From: a bacterium
GTDB lineage: Bacteria; UBP7; UBA6624; JBBIMK01
Length of the DNA stretch: 32,000 nucleotides
NCBI GenBank assembly: GCA_037444445.1
Contig: JBBIMK010000007.1
Coordinates: forward strand, 1-32,000
Direction: 5' to 3'
Shown here: piece by piece, positions 16,404-24,657 of the stretch
Numbering within the stretch: position 1 is the stretch's first letter
How the letters are laid out: each line of letters opens with the position of its first letter
Program-made: the position numbers and the translations under genes
The notes under the pieces: model-generated
The model's database searches: none
What the model saw: the letters and a program-made list of their open reading frames with translations, nothing else
What the model was told of the DNA's origin: nothing

Positions 16404-16867
16404 ATAAAATTTCCCTGACTTGCAAAAAATTTCAGGGGGATTTTGTTCCTTATCTGATGGGAAAATTAGAGCCCCCAATCTCCCGTCGTCTGGAGGAACA
16501 TCTGAGCTGTTGCAAGAATTGTCGCACAGCCTTCAGGGATGAAACAGTATGGTTAAATCTTTTGAAAAATGCAAAGGAGGTGAATCCACCCCCCCGGCTA
16601 CGGACCCGGGTAGAAAGAAGATTGCAAAGAATCCAACGGCCTCCTCGTAGAAGAGTTAACCCCTGGGTATGGAAAGGGGGAATGGCTCTGGTGTTCACCT
16701 CTATCTTATTGCTCCTCGTCCGGTTTCCGTGGCGCAAGAGCACTCCTCCCACGGGTCCAGAGCCCACTACAATAGAAAAAGCATTCTTTCTACAATTTGA
16801 CGAGCCAAGCCAGGTGATAGCCACTCTGGTTTCTGAAACGATGGAAGGAGAGGCACCCGATTCGTGA
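16400..16867 (+). CDS. zf-HC2 (ZAS-type) membrane anti-sigma factor
   Basis: ATG overlaps the sigma stop (ATGA at 16400-16403). HLSCCKNC is H-x3-C-x2-C (nt 16499-16522). Single TM at aa 89-109. About 46-aa extracytoplasmic tail. Confidence 0.8.
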   Translation: MNKISLTCKKFQGDFVPYLMGKLEPPISRRLEEHLSCCKNCRTAFRDETVWLNLLKNAKEVNPPPRLRTRVERRLQRIQRPPRRRVNPWVWKGGMALVFTSILLLLVRFPWRKSTPPTGPEPTTIEKAFFLQFDEPSQVIATLVSETMEGEAPDS

Positions 16868-17838
16868 GACTTCCAAAATTTTCTGGATTGCAAAATCTCC
16901 TTATTTTTCTCCTGATAGCAGGGGCAGGGTTTCCACATCCCTCTCCGAGAGAATTTTCAAAAAAACCTCCCCTTCCCCACTTCACCGCAGAAATTCAGAT
17001 TCAAGAAATCATCGGTGAAAAAAAGACTACCCGTCGGTGGGAGGTCCGGTCGCTGGAACACAAACTCTTGTTAGTCGACCCGCAGGGCACTCATCCGAGG
17101 GTACTGGTAGATTTCCTTTCAAGAAAGTTCGTGCTGATTCATCCGAAAGAAAAAATGGTGATGACGGTGAATCCTCCACCTCTATTTTTAGAAAAAAATG
17201 TGATGTGGATTGGAAGGATTCTGGCGGAAAGAGGGCGTTTCCGCAGTCCACCCCAGGCGGTGAAAAAAAATTTTGAGCAGTTGCAGGATTCTGACCTGAA
17301 AAAAATCACTCTGGGGCGACCACCACACATCACGGAAGTGTGGATAGACCGGGAAACAGGGATACCCGTCAAAATCCATAAGCAATTCCCCGAGATGAGG
17401 AGGGTGACCGTTCAGATATTGCAATACGATTCGGCATCACCCGCGAATCCGGATGATTTTCTGCCTCCTCCAGATTTTCGTCAGGTTGTAGTCAACGACC
17501 TGCGCCTTCCCCAGCATTTAGAATCTTTTTTAGCGTCTCGCCATCTGCCATTTCGTCTGGAAAAAATGGAGGCAAGACGACTTCAACATTTTCAAATGAA
17601 AACAGGAGGCTTGACGAGAATTTTCTATGTATCACCGGATGGAAAAGAATGGGCGGCAGTGGAGGTGCGTCAGAATCGGTGGGATGCACCCATCCCCCCC
17701 CTGGCATCTCCTCTCCAGCAATTCCGACCCCTCCTCCGTGTCAGAGGGAATGAAGTATTAGAGTTCCGCACCAATATTCCATTCCCTCGCTCTAACCGTT
17801 TGTTAACCATCTTTGAGGGATTTATCCCTGTCCGGTGA
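16864..17838 (+). CDS. secreted LolA-fold / RseB-like protein
   Basis: GTG overlaps the anti-sigma stop (GTGA). Signal peptide. VWIDRETGIPVKIHKQF...VQILQYDSASPANPDDFLPPPDF resembles LolA/RseB/DUF4367 families. Extra C-terminal region of about 110 aa. Confidence 0.55.
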   Translation: MRLPKFSGLQNLLIFLLIAGAGFPHPSPREFSKKPPLPHFTAEIQIQEIIGEKKTTRRWEVRSLEHKLLLVDPQGTHPRVLVDFLSRKFVLIHPKEKMVMTVNPPPLFLEKNVMWIGRILAERGRFRSPPQAVKKNFEQLQDSDLKKITLGRPPHITEVWIDRETGIPVKIHKQFPEMRRVTVQILQYDSASPANPDDFLPPPDFRQVVVNDLRLPQHLESFLASRHLPFRLEKMEARRLQHFQMKTGGLTRIFYVSPDGKEWAAVEVRQNRWDAPIPPLASPLQQFRPLLRVRGNEVLEFRTNIPFPRSNRLLTIFEGFIPVR

Positions 17839-18265
17839 ATTTCGTTTTAGCGCTGGAGAGTTTTACCTGCGCTTTTTGTTGCAAGTCCTGAAACTCTTTG
17901 GCTTTGGCTATATTCTTCATATTGATGGCATCATAGAGAGCATCCACGGCTTGCAATAATAAGTCTACCCCCTCTTCCAGGTCCTGTCGGGCGGATTGCA
18001 GGCTACCAGGAGCGCCAGTGGCTTTGACCTCAGCCTGCACCCGAGACAAAATGCTTTTGGCCTGGGTCAATTTGGGCAGGTTCTCGTCGCTAAACGCAGG
18101 ATTTAAAACGCTGGCAGGATTGGCCTGGGCGGCCTCCGCCACCTGGCGAATTAAGTCTCCTGCCTTCATGATGTTTTCCCCCCACTTTTTCGCTTTTAAC
18201 TTGTAGCCCAGCGTGCAACCGCCCAGGAAAAGAATGGCAATCATCCAGAGAAAAAGCGTTTTCAT
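17822..18265 (-). CDS. small all-helical lipoprotein, hypothetical
   Basis: Start set at MKTLFLWMIAILFLGGC (lipobox LGGC) with AGGAAA upstream. The mature part is Ala/Gln/Lys-rich and helical. The 3' end overlaps the convergent ORF by 17 nt. Confidence 0.65.
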   Translation of the reverse strand: MKTLFLWMIAILFLGGCTLGYKLKAKKWGENIMKAGDLIRQVAEAAQANPASVLNPAFSDENLPKLTQAKSILSRVQAEVKATGAPGSLQSARQDLEEGVDLLLQAVDALYDAINMKNIAKAKEFQDLQQKAQVKLSSAKTKFTGQG

Positions 18266-18316
18266 TTTCCTGACTTCCACTATCCTCACACTCCCATATT
18301 TTTCTGATTCGCTTAC

Positions 18317-18322
18317 ATTATA
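18317..18322 (-). promoter_or_regulatory. possible -10 box TATAAT upstream of the lipoprotein gene
   Basis: Minus-strand TATAAT at 18322-18317, about 50 nt upstream of ATG 18265. No convincing -35. Confidence 0.25.
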
Positions 18323-18385
18323 CCTCATTATGGTGAAAACTCTACTGGATTCAGTATTCTTATCCGATTGAAGAGCATAAAAGAT

Positions 18386-20338
18386 TTAAGTAGGGGAGAG
18401 AGAACGAACCACTTTCAGATAATAGCGGAGGAATAGAAAACCACTGACTGTCAGTAGCGCCCCTTGCGCCAGAAGAGTTTCCAGGGTCGGATATAAGCCC
18501 AGCAAACCGATTGTGGGAAATCCTTTCAGGAATGTAACTCCTACCCATCCCATATCCTGCAACTCCTGTATACCCTTTCCAATGAAAGAAAAAGACAATG
18601 AATAGAGAAAAAGACTGGTCAGAGAAAAAAATAGACGGAGAGATAATTTGAGCATAAAACGATAAAAAAGAATACCCACAGAGAAAAGAAAGAGCAATCC
18701 GAGGAACAATCCAAACAAAAGGGAAGAAAAATTATGAGAATAAAAAAATAGCGACTGATAGAAGAGGATGGTTTCCAGGCCTTCGCGATAAATGGCGAGG
18801 AAAGCCACAGAAGCCAGCGCCCACCGGCTCCCTTTTCCCAGTGCCAGCTGAACCTGATGCTGGATATACTTTTGCCAGTTCTGAGCCAGAGAGTGAGAAA
18901 TTAACCAGAAGGAAACGGTAAAAAGAACGGCTGCTGCCAGAAGAAGAGTAAAACCTTCCAGCCCTTCCTGATAATTTTTCAGAGTCGCATACACAGTTTG
19001 AGCCAGCAGGGCTGTCAGGCCGGTCAATACGAGCCCTGTCCCGGCTCCGACAAAAACCTCCCGATAAAATTTTTCCTGGCGGATTCGCTTTAAGTAAGCC
19101 AGAATGGCAACGAGAATTAAAAAGGCTTCTAAACCTTCACGAAAGAGGATCAGGAAAGATTGAAAAATTACCCACCGGGGAGACAGTTTCTCCTGCATCT
19201 GGGCGGCGAATTGCTCCAGTGCTGAAATCCACTTCTCGGCAGCAGAATGGAAAGAATTCGGCTCGTTCACTGCGGATTGAAGTTGATGAAACAACGATTC
19301 TAATTTCCGGGTGGCAGACGGGTCAGGGCCTTTCAACAGGACTTCGTTTTGCTCAAATTCCATATAGAGGTCATGAAGCAGGGAAGAAGCCCCCTTGAAA
19401 TCACCCTTGTCCACTTTCTGTTGAGCCTCCCTGAGAATTTTTATCCATTTTCCCCGGGAAGATAAGAGAATATCCTGAACAGAGGATGTGGATGGCAAAA
19501 GAAAGGGGTGTAGAATTATCCATTGAGCCAGGACGACGCGTTGAGATTCAGGAACTTTCACTTCTGCAAGGCTCCGGGTAAGATTTTCAATGCTTTTCGA
19601 GAGAAGGGCTTCGGGAGGGAAAGATTTCCAGCCCGGGGGCAAGAACCGTCCAGCCCATCGCCCTTTCTTCAGCATTGTTTTTTCTTCCGCCTCCATCAAA
19701 AAAAGAGAGAAGACCACAGACCACCGCTCCGTCTCTGATAGAGAGTCAGCGAACGAAGGCATAGGAGTCCCTGAGACGCCCTCCGATATGAGGGTAAATA
19801 ATTGCATCGGACTCTTATTCTGAAGAAAAGAAAGGGAAAATAAATTCGGCGGATGGAAGTCGCCTATTTCCGAAGAAGGAGGCCCGTGACAGGATTTGCA
19901 ATTATCCGCATAGACTCGTGCTCCCAGGGAAACACTCACTCCCGAAGGCAATCGCCATTCCAGAGGTCCCACATGCTTCTCAAGTAACCGTTGAAGGGAA
20001 TTCACCGTATGCTCAACCTGTGGGATAGATGAGCGAGATTCTAATTCTTTTTGCAAGGTCTGAAATCCTTCCGAAAGAGAGGCATAAAAAGAAAGCTCAA
20101 GGGCTATCTCCCTGGCTTTTTGAAAAAATTCAAGGCTCTCCAGGTACTCCTCCTCCCGAGAATCTGGAGAGCCTTGAATGGAAAGGAAGTATTCATCGCG
20201 AACCAACGAGAGGAGGCGTGCCGTGCGCTGAGCCAGATTCACATTGTCCCGGTTTTTCTCTCCAGCAACTTCTGAGATACCCGAAACGAGGAAAAGAGTG
20301 AGAATAGAGAAAACATAGAAAACTTGCCTTTTGCTCAC
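18386..20338 (-). CDS. cytochrome c domain fused to an FTR1/EfeU-type iron permease
   Basis: 650 aa: signal/TM, a periplasmic region of about 380 aa with CKSCH (nt 19886-19900) and a downstream GTPMP Met ligand, then a polytopic domain with two REGLE motifs (aa 400-404 and 518-522). GTG start with AGGTGA 7 nt upstream. Confidence 0.85.
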   Translation of the reverse strand: MSKRQVFYVFSILTLFLVSGISEVAGEKNRDNVNLAQRTARLLSLVRDEYFLSIQGSPDSREEEYLESLEFFQKAREIALELSFYASLSEGFQTLQKELESRSSIPQVEHTVNSLQRLLEKHVGPLEWRLPSGVSVSLGARVYADNCKSCHGPPSSEIGDFHPPNLFSLSFLQNKSPMQLFTLISEGVSGTPMPSFADSLSETERWSVVFSLFLMEAEEKTMLKKGRWAGRFLPPGWKSFPPEALLSKSIENLTRSLAEVKVPESQRVVLAQWIILHPFLLPSTSSVQDILLSSRGKWIKILREAQQKVDKGDFKGASSLLHDLYMEFEQNEVLLKGPDPSATRKLESLFHQLQSAVNEPNSFHSAAEKWISALEQFAAQMQEKLSPRWVIFQSFLILFREGLEAFLILVAILAYLKRIRQEKFYREVFVGAGTGLVLTGLTALLAQTVYATLKNYQEGLEGFTLLLAAAVLFTVSFWLISHSLAQNWQKYIQHQVQLALGKGSRWALASVAFLAIYREGLETILFYQSLFFYSHNFSSLLFGLFLGLLFLFSVGILFYRFMLKLSLRLFFSLTSLFLYSLSFSFIGKGIQELQDMGWVGVTFLKGFPTIGLLGLYPTLETLLAQGALLTVSGFLFLRYYLKVVRSLSPT

Positions 20339-20456
20339 CTCTCCATCACCTTGAATAGTGTTTAATTTATAACAGCATCTGTCAAGTTAACAGGAATGGT
20401 TATTAAATGACTGAATCCCGTATCAAGACAAGGATAAATTGCAGAGGAAGAAAAGT

Positions 20457-20474
20457 GAGATGAAGGAGATGAAG
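20457..20474. repeat. tandem 9-mer GAGATGAAG x2 within a 39-nt purine (plus) / pyrimidine (minus) tract
   Basis: GAGATGAAG at 20457-20465 and 20466-20474. The tract 20441-20479 is purine-rich on the plus strand (31 of 39 nt). It lies directly 3' of tRNA-Phe on the transcribed strand. Confidence 0.8.
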
Positions 20475-20479
20475 AAGAA

Positions 20480-20552
20480 TGCCGGGGCCCAGAATCGAAC
20501 TGGGGACCCATGGATTTTCAGTCCACGGCTCTACCGACTGAGCTACCCCGGC
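20480..20552 (-). tRNA. tRNA-Phe: tRNA-Phe (anticodon GAA), no encoded CCA
   Basis: Minus-strand 73-nt cloverleaf: acceptor GCCGGGG/CCCCGGC, D arm GCTC-AGTCGGTA-GAGC, anticodon arm GTGGA-CTGAAAA-TCCAT, T arm CCCAG-TTCGATT-CTGGG, discriminator A followed by TTC. Confidence 0.95.
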
Positions 20553-20570
20553 ATCGGTTTGCTACACTCT

Positions 20571-20599
20571 ATTGTAGTGTGGAATCTGAAAAACTTCAA
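20571..20599 (-). promoter_or_regulatory. candidate promoter TTGAAG-N17-TACAAT for tRNA-Phe
   Basis: On the minus strand, TTGAAG is at 20599-20594, the spacer is 17 nt, and TACAAT is at 20576-20571. The -10 ends 18 nt before the mature tRNA 5' end. Confidence 0.5.
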
Positions 20600-20603
20600 G
20601 CCA

Positions 20604-20620
20604 CAATGGGGTGCCCATTG
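20604..20620 (-). terminator. short hairpin just after the nadE stop (weak terminator candidate)
   Basis: CAATGGG-GTG-CCCATTG: 7-bp stem and 3-nt loop, 5 nt after the nadE stop. The T5 run is 10 nt away, so it is not a canonical intrinsic terminator. Confidence 0.25.
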
Positions 20621-20625
20621 CAAGT

Positions 20626-21438
20626 TCAGACGAATTCAAGGGGACACATTTCAAGAGTGGACAGGAGGGGGCGGTTCTGTTCCGCTCTCCTCAATATTTC
20701 CACCGCTTTAGAGAGAGGAATTTGAAGATGATTGCATACTTCATCCACCGTGCGCTGTCTTTCATAAACTTCAAACAGAAGAGCATCCAGAGCCGAGTAG
20801 CGAAGCCCGATGGTTTTTTCATCTTCTTGCCCGGAAATGAGGCCCTGGGATGGAGGTTTGACAATAATTCGCCGGGGAACACCCAGATAGGAAGCCAGTT
20901 GAAGCACCTGGGTTTTATATAAATTTCCGAATGGAAAAATATCGGCCGCAGCATCGCCGAATTTGATTCCATAGCCCAGCAGGAAATCCGTCTTGGTTAA
21001 ACTTCCTAACACGAGGTAGTTTTGCGCCTCGGCATGGAAATAAAGCAATGCGGCACGGATTCGTGCTTTTAAGAATTCGGAGCCTGTACGCAGATGGTCA
21101 AGTGAAAACTGCGTAGGGGACTTTTTTGTAAAAGCATAAATCAGGTCGGAAATGGGAACGATAGTTAGAGGAATAGCCACCAAGCTGGCGACTTCTTCTG
21201 CGTTCAGAATATCACCTTCAGAGGTAACTCCCTCTTCGGGCATCATCAGAAGACTCAAGGCCTGTGAAAAAGCCTTCCTGGCAATCAGCGCGAGGGCCGC
21301 AGAATCGATCCCTCCGGATAACGCCAGGGCAGCACCATACCGAGAAAGTTCAACCATACGAAGGCGAAGATAACGGATAATTCCTTCTCCAATTCTTTGC
21401 ATTTCCTCATCCGCTAATCGCAGTTCCCGTTTTTCCAT
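20626..21438 (-). CDS. nadE: NH3-dependent NAD+ synthetase
   Basis: 270 aa with the PP-loop LSGGIDSAA and family-typical length and C-terminal region. Confidence 0.9.
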   Translation of the reverse strand: MEKRELRLADEEMQRIGEGIIRYLRLRMVELSRYGAALALSGGIDSAALALIARKAFSQALSLLMMPEEGVTSEGDILNAEEVASLVAIPLTIVPISDLIYAFTKKSPTQFSLDHLRTGSEFLKARIRAALLYFHAEAQNYLVLGSLTKTDFLLGYGIKFGDAAADIFPFGNLYKTQVLQLASYLGVPRRIIVKPPSQGLISGQEDEKTIGLRYSALDALLFEVYERQRTVDEVCNHLQIPLSKAVEILRRAEQNRPLLSTLEMCPLEFV

Positions 21439-21451
21439 ACTCGTCTAAACT

Positions 21452-21480
21452 ATTATACCCGATTTGACCTCCGTTATCCA
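21452..21480 (-). promoter_or_regulatory. candidate promoter TGGATA-N17-TATAAT for nadE, giving a very short leader
   Basis: Minus-strand TATAAT at 21457-21452, only 13 nt before ATG 21438, with no SD in between. -35-like TGGATA at 21480-21475. Confidence 0.4.
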
Positions 21481-21492
21481 ATAGGCTATAAT
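21464..21492 (+). promoter_or_regulatory. promoter TTGACC-N17-TATAAT for the spermidine-synthase-like gene
   Basis: TTGACC at 21464-21469, 17-nt spacer, TATAAT at 21487-21492. GGGAGGTG lies 7 nt before ATG 21519. Confidence 0.65.
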
Positions 21493-21518
21493 TCAAACTG
21501 GATGGGAGGTGAAGGGCG

Positions 21519-22436
21519 ATGATATGGGAAAAAAATAAAATCAGGTGGGGAGGAATTCTTATTGGGCTTGGTGCCCTGTGGATTGCCTCGTGGCCGGGAA
21601 ATATTCTCCTGGAAAAAGATTCTCTCTACAATCACTTAATCGTGAAAGATGAGGGAGGAAAGCGTATTCTTTACTTTAACAATTTCCCTCAAACGACGAT
21701 GTCCTTGAACAACCCCTCGGAAGGGGCCTTTGAATATACGGAATATTTCCAAACGGCCCTGGCTTTTAATCCCAATATACAGAAAATACTGGTGATTGGC
21801 CTGGGAGGCGGGTCCATCCCGAAAGCTTTTAACCGTTATTACCCACATATTACGGTTCACACCGTGGAAATTGACCCTGTGGTGGTGGATGTAGCCAAAC
21901 GTTATTTCGCCGTTACCGAGAATCCTCGCCATAAAATTTTTATTGAGGATGGACGAAGTTATTTAAGAAGAACGAAAGAAAAATATGATGCTATTTTCCT
22001 GGATGCGTATGTGGCGGATTACTACGGAGCCTATATCCCGTTTCACCTGGCAACCCAGGAATTTTTCACTCTCGTGAAAAACCACCTGAACCCGGGAGGA
22101 ATTATCGGATATAACATCATCGGAACTCTTTTTGGAGAACAAAAGCAGATCGTTCGAGCCATATATAAAACCCTTTCTTCTGTCTTCGGGCTTACCTATT
22201 ACTTTCCTGCAGAGACCTCTATGAATGTAGTGCTATTCGGAATAAACTCACTGGACAAGCCCACTCTTGATACGATTCGTTTGACCGCCCAGGAACTGGT
22301 TCGAATCGGGAAGATTACATCCCCCCACTTCCTCGACAGAACTTATAGAGGAATGGCTGAACCCCTGGAGACCCTGGGTATTCCTCTGCTACAGGATAAT
22401 TACGCACCTGTTGAAACTTTACCCTTAAAAAGATAG
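21519..22436 (+). CDS. membrane-anchored spermidine-synthase-fold (SAM-MTase fold) protein
   Basis: N-terminal TM. VIGLGGGS, VEIDPVVVDVAKRYF and YDAIFLDAY match the SpeE-like fold, but the canonical GGGDG and D-S-T-D-P motifs are replaced. Confidence 0.75.
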   Translation: MIWEKNKIRWGGILIGLGALWIASWPGNILLEKDSLYNHLIVKDEGGKRILYFNNFPQTTMSLNNPSEGAFEYTEYFQTALAFNPNIQKILVIGLGGGSIPKAFNRYYPHITVHTVEIDPVVVDVAKRYFAVTENPRHKIFIEDGRSYLRRTKEKYDAIFLDAYVADYYGAYIPFHLATQEFFTLVKNHLNPGGIIGYNIIGTLFGEQKQIVRAIYKTLSSVFGLTYYFPAETSMNVVLFGINSLDKPTLDTIRLTAQELVRIGKITSPHFLDRTYRGMAEPLETLGIPLLQDNYAPVETLPLKR

Positions 22437-22461
22437 TTCTTTTCTTCTACTTTCCTACTTT

Positions 22462-24657
22462 CTACGAGGTAACCACCGTGTAAGAGTAGGCAGTATTATC
22501 AGCAATATCTGTCACTTTGAGTGTGATGGTATGCTCACCTTCGGAAATCCCGGTGATAGAGAATATGTAGGACTCCGACTTAGAATCCGGAATTCCATCG
22601 GCAGGGAGAATCACTTTCCAGGAATCAGAATCCAAAGAATATTCAGCCCCATCTATGCGGCTCCAGGCATCAGAGACCCGAAAGGATATAAAGATTTTTG
22701 ATTTCTCTGAGCGGGCTTTCAAGTCTGTAATGACAGGCGGAGAATTATCCAGGACGAAGGCATCACTGATAGATTCCCCTGTTAAGGCAATGGGGTCCGG
22801 ATTGGATGGGGCGTCAGAAGCCACCACTTTCACAAAATAGGTTCCATCTGGAAGGGTTGTAGTATCCCAATTAAAACGGGAGGTAACAAGTTTATCCTTT
22901 AATAATTTCCAGCGACTTTCCGTATTGAGGCGATAATAAAGCGTATAAGTCATCTTATCTCCGTTCGGGTCTGAGGCTCTCCAGGTGATAACCTGAAGAC
23001 CCTTCTGGGTGGGACGAGGAGGGGGTGGACCCGGGGGAGGCATTTCCGTTTCGCCCCCAAATACCTGCTGAACTGCAGAAGTCATAAGGGCCTCCATGTC
23101 TGCTCTTCCCGGAGGCTGGGCGGCCTGCTTCGCCGCCTGAGTGGGTGATACAATCTGCACAGAGCTGACGCTCGGAGGTAAGTTTCGTTGTAAATAAGAG
23201 AAGGCGAATTTATGCACCTCCGGACTTCTGGAGCCGTCTGACGACAGAATCACTTTCCACTGGAGATAACGAGCGGAAGCACTCTGGATTTTATCGTCCT
23301 TTGCAGGCTTCCATTCACCCCAGGTGCTTTCCGGCTTGTCCGTATTCCCGGTGCGAGTATAAAATTCAGCGCGGGCTCCGGCAGGTAAAGCAACCTCTTT
23401 CTCCACGGCACCCCAGTCGGAAAGGATGCCGGCATCAAAAACCTCTGAAATATAAAACCCTTCGGACTGGCGTTTACCGGTTAGCCGATATACTTTCCCA
23501 AGATTGCTGGTGAGGACGAAATAAGTTCCCGAAGTATCCGGCAAAAGTTCCGTGATTTGCTCTTCGTCTAAATCCGATTCAAGAGTTTCTTTACCTTCGG
23601 TAGAAATGAAATACAGGAAGCCTTGTTTTCCCGTTCCAACAAGGAATCCGGAGGGGGAAGACGGAGCCAAAGCATACAGGTCATCCGACGAAGTTTCCCA
23701 GAGAGTTTGCCCGATACCCTCGTAAGTAATTTTTACAATGCCAGACTTTCTGGGACCTGCAGGCACAGGAGGAAGTGTGGGTGCTTCCTCCATTTGCTCC
23801 GTTATTTCCTGAACAGTAGAAGCGAGATTAGAAAAATCGCCCTGCATGAATTGCTGGGCGAGGCTCGCTATGTCAGGCATTTGTGCGACTTTCCCTGCTG
23901 GAGCCTTCATCTTCGGAGCTGCCGAACCACCCATCACATAGAGAGCCTCCGGTGTCAACAGAATTTTCAGCACTTCCTGGTAGGGGGTGTCAAAAAGAGC
24001 GAAAGGGCGCCCATCAGCCGTAATCCGATATACCCAGCCGTTGTTCGCAGTGCCCACATAAACTTCACCCTTATTTCTAACAGCCAGAGAACGGAGATGA
24101 GACTCATCGCTCTCAAAGACTGTTTCTGCTTGATTTTGCTTCTTCACTCTATAGAGTTTGCCTTTTTCATCTCCCGTCGCCACCCAGAGGGCCCCTTCTT
24201 CATCCAGTGCCAGAGCCCAGATATATTTTTCTGGCGGGTCGAAATAAACTTCACTTTTCTCCGCCGAAGGAATCCAGTAGACTTTCCCATCTGGCGAAGT
24301 GGCCGCAAAAATCTCGCCTTTCCTTCCCCCTATAGCAAGAGCATGGACCTCTGGCTCCTCGGCATCAAAATAGACCGAGGTGTCGCCCTGAGGGGAAATC
24401 CGAAACACTTTCCCCTCGTTGCCGGTGCCCACATAAAGATTCCCCGCAGAATCTTTGACAGCCGTCCATACATACGGGGCCTCCAGGTCAGCCAGTTTTT
24501 CCAGTGATGGGGCTAAACCCAGAATCCCTTGTGAAGAAATGGATACACCCTCCACTTTGCCTTTCTTGAAATCGGCATACGAGGTGTAGACCTTATAATT
24601 CGGTGAGGCTGATACAAGCACTACACCAATGAGCCAGAGTCCAATGGTCTTTTTCAC
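22462..24657 (-). CDS. secreted beta-propeller + Ig/Fn3-like domains protein, hypothetical
   Basis: 731 aa with a signal peptide. Repeated blades GNLYVGTGNEGKVFRI, GEIFAATSPDGKVYWI, GALWVATGDEKGKLYRV, GEVYVGTANNGWVYRI. Pro-rich linker. Two Ig-like modules (ITWRASDPNGDKMTYTLYY..GTYFVKVVASD; FISFRVSD..GEHTITLKVTDIADN). GTG start overlaps the upstream stop (GTGA), with AAGGAGG upstream. Confidence 0.8.
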   Translation of the reverse strand: MKKTIGLWLIGVVLVSASPNYKVYTSYADFKKGKVEGVSISSQGILGLAPSLEKLADLEAPYVWTAVKDSAGNLYVGTGNEGKVFRISPQGDTSVYFDAEEPEVHALAIGGRKGEIFAATSPDGKVYWIPSAEKSEVYFDPPEKYIWALALDEEGALWVATGDEKGKLYRVKKQNQAETVFESDESHLRSLAVRNKGEVYVGTANNGWVYRITADGRPFALFDTPYQEVLKILLTPEALYVMGGSAAPKMKAPAGKVAQMPDIASLAQQFMQGDFSNLASTVQEITEQMEEAPTLPPVPAGPRKSGIVKITYEGIGQTLWETSSDDLYALAPSSPSGFLVGTGKQGFLYFISTEGKETLESDLDEEQITELLPDTSGTYFVLTSNLGKVYRLTGKRQSEGFYISEVFDAGILSDWGAVEKEVALPAGARAEFYTRTGNTDKPESTWGEWKPAKDDKIQSASARYLQWKVILSSDGSRSPEVHKFAFSYLQRNLPPSVSSVQIVSPTQAAKQAAQPPGRADMEALMTSAVQQVFGGETEMPPPGPPPPRPTQKGLQVITWRASDPNGDKMTYTLYYRLNTESRWKLLKDKLVTSRFNWDTTTLPDGTYFVKVVASDAPSNPDPIALTGESISDAFVLDNSPPVITDLKARSEKSKIFISFRVSDAWSRIDGAEYSLDSDSWKVILPADGIPDSKSESYIFSITGISEGEHTITLKVTDIADNTAYSYTVVTS

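Noticed and set aside
20339-20440. Fur box or sigma70 promoter upstream of the cytochrome c-FTR1 gene
   Set aside because: The region is AT-rich and contains TTGACA, TATAAAT and partial nATwAT-like hexamers (TCATTTAATAACCATT). The -35/-10 spacing is wrong (9 nt) and the match to the 19-bp Fur consensus is poor. I cannot support a call.
20439-20711. 90-aa plus-strand ORF (and 20510-20725) spanning the tRNA-Phe locus
   Set aside because: It reads straight through the antisense of a canonical tRNA and a purine-rich repeat. It is spurious.
23623-24507. Long antisense ORFs (294 aa here; also 12584-13261, 16450-16938, 9258-9644, 4362-4853)
   Set aside because: They lie fully inside well-supported genes on the other strand and have Arg/Ser/Leu/Phe-rich low-information composition. 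They have no SD or family motifs. They are typical shadow frames.
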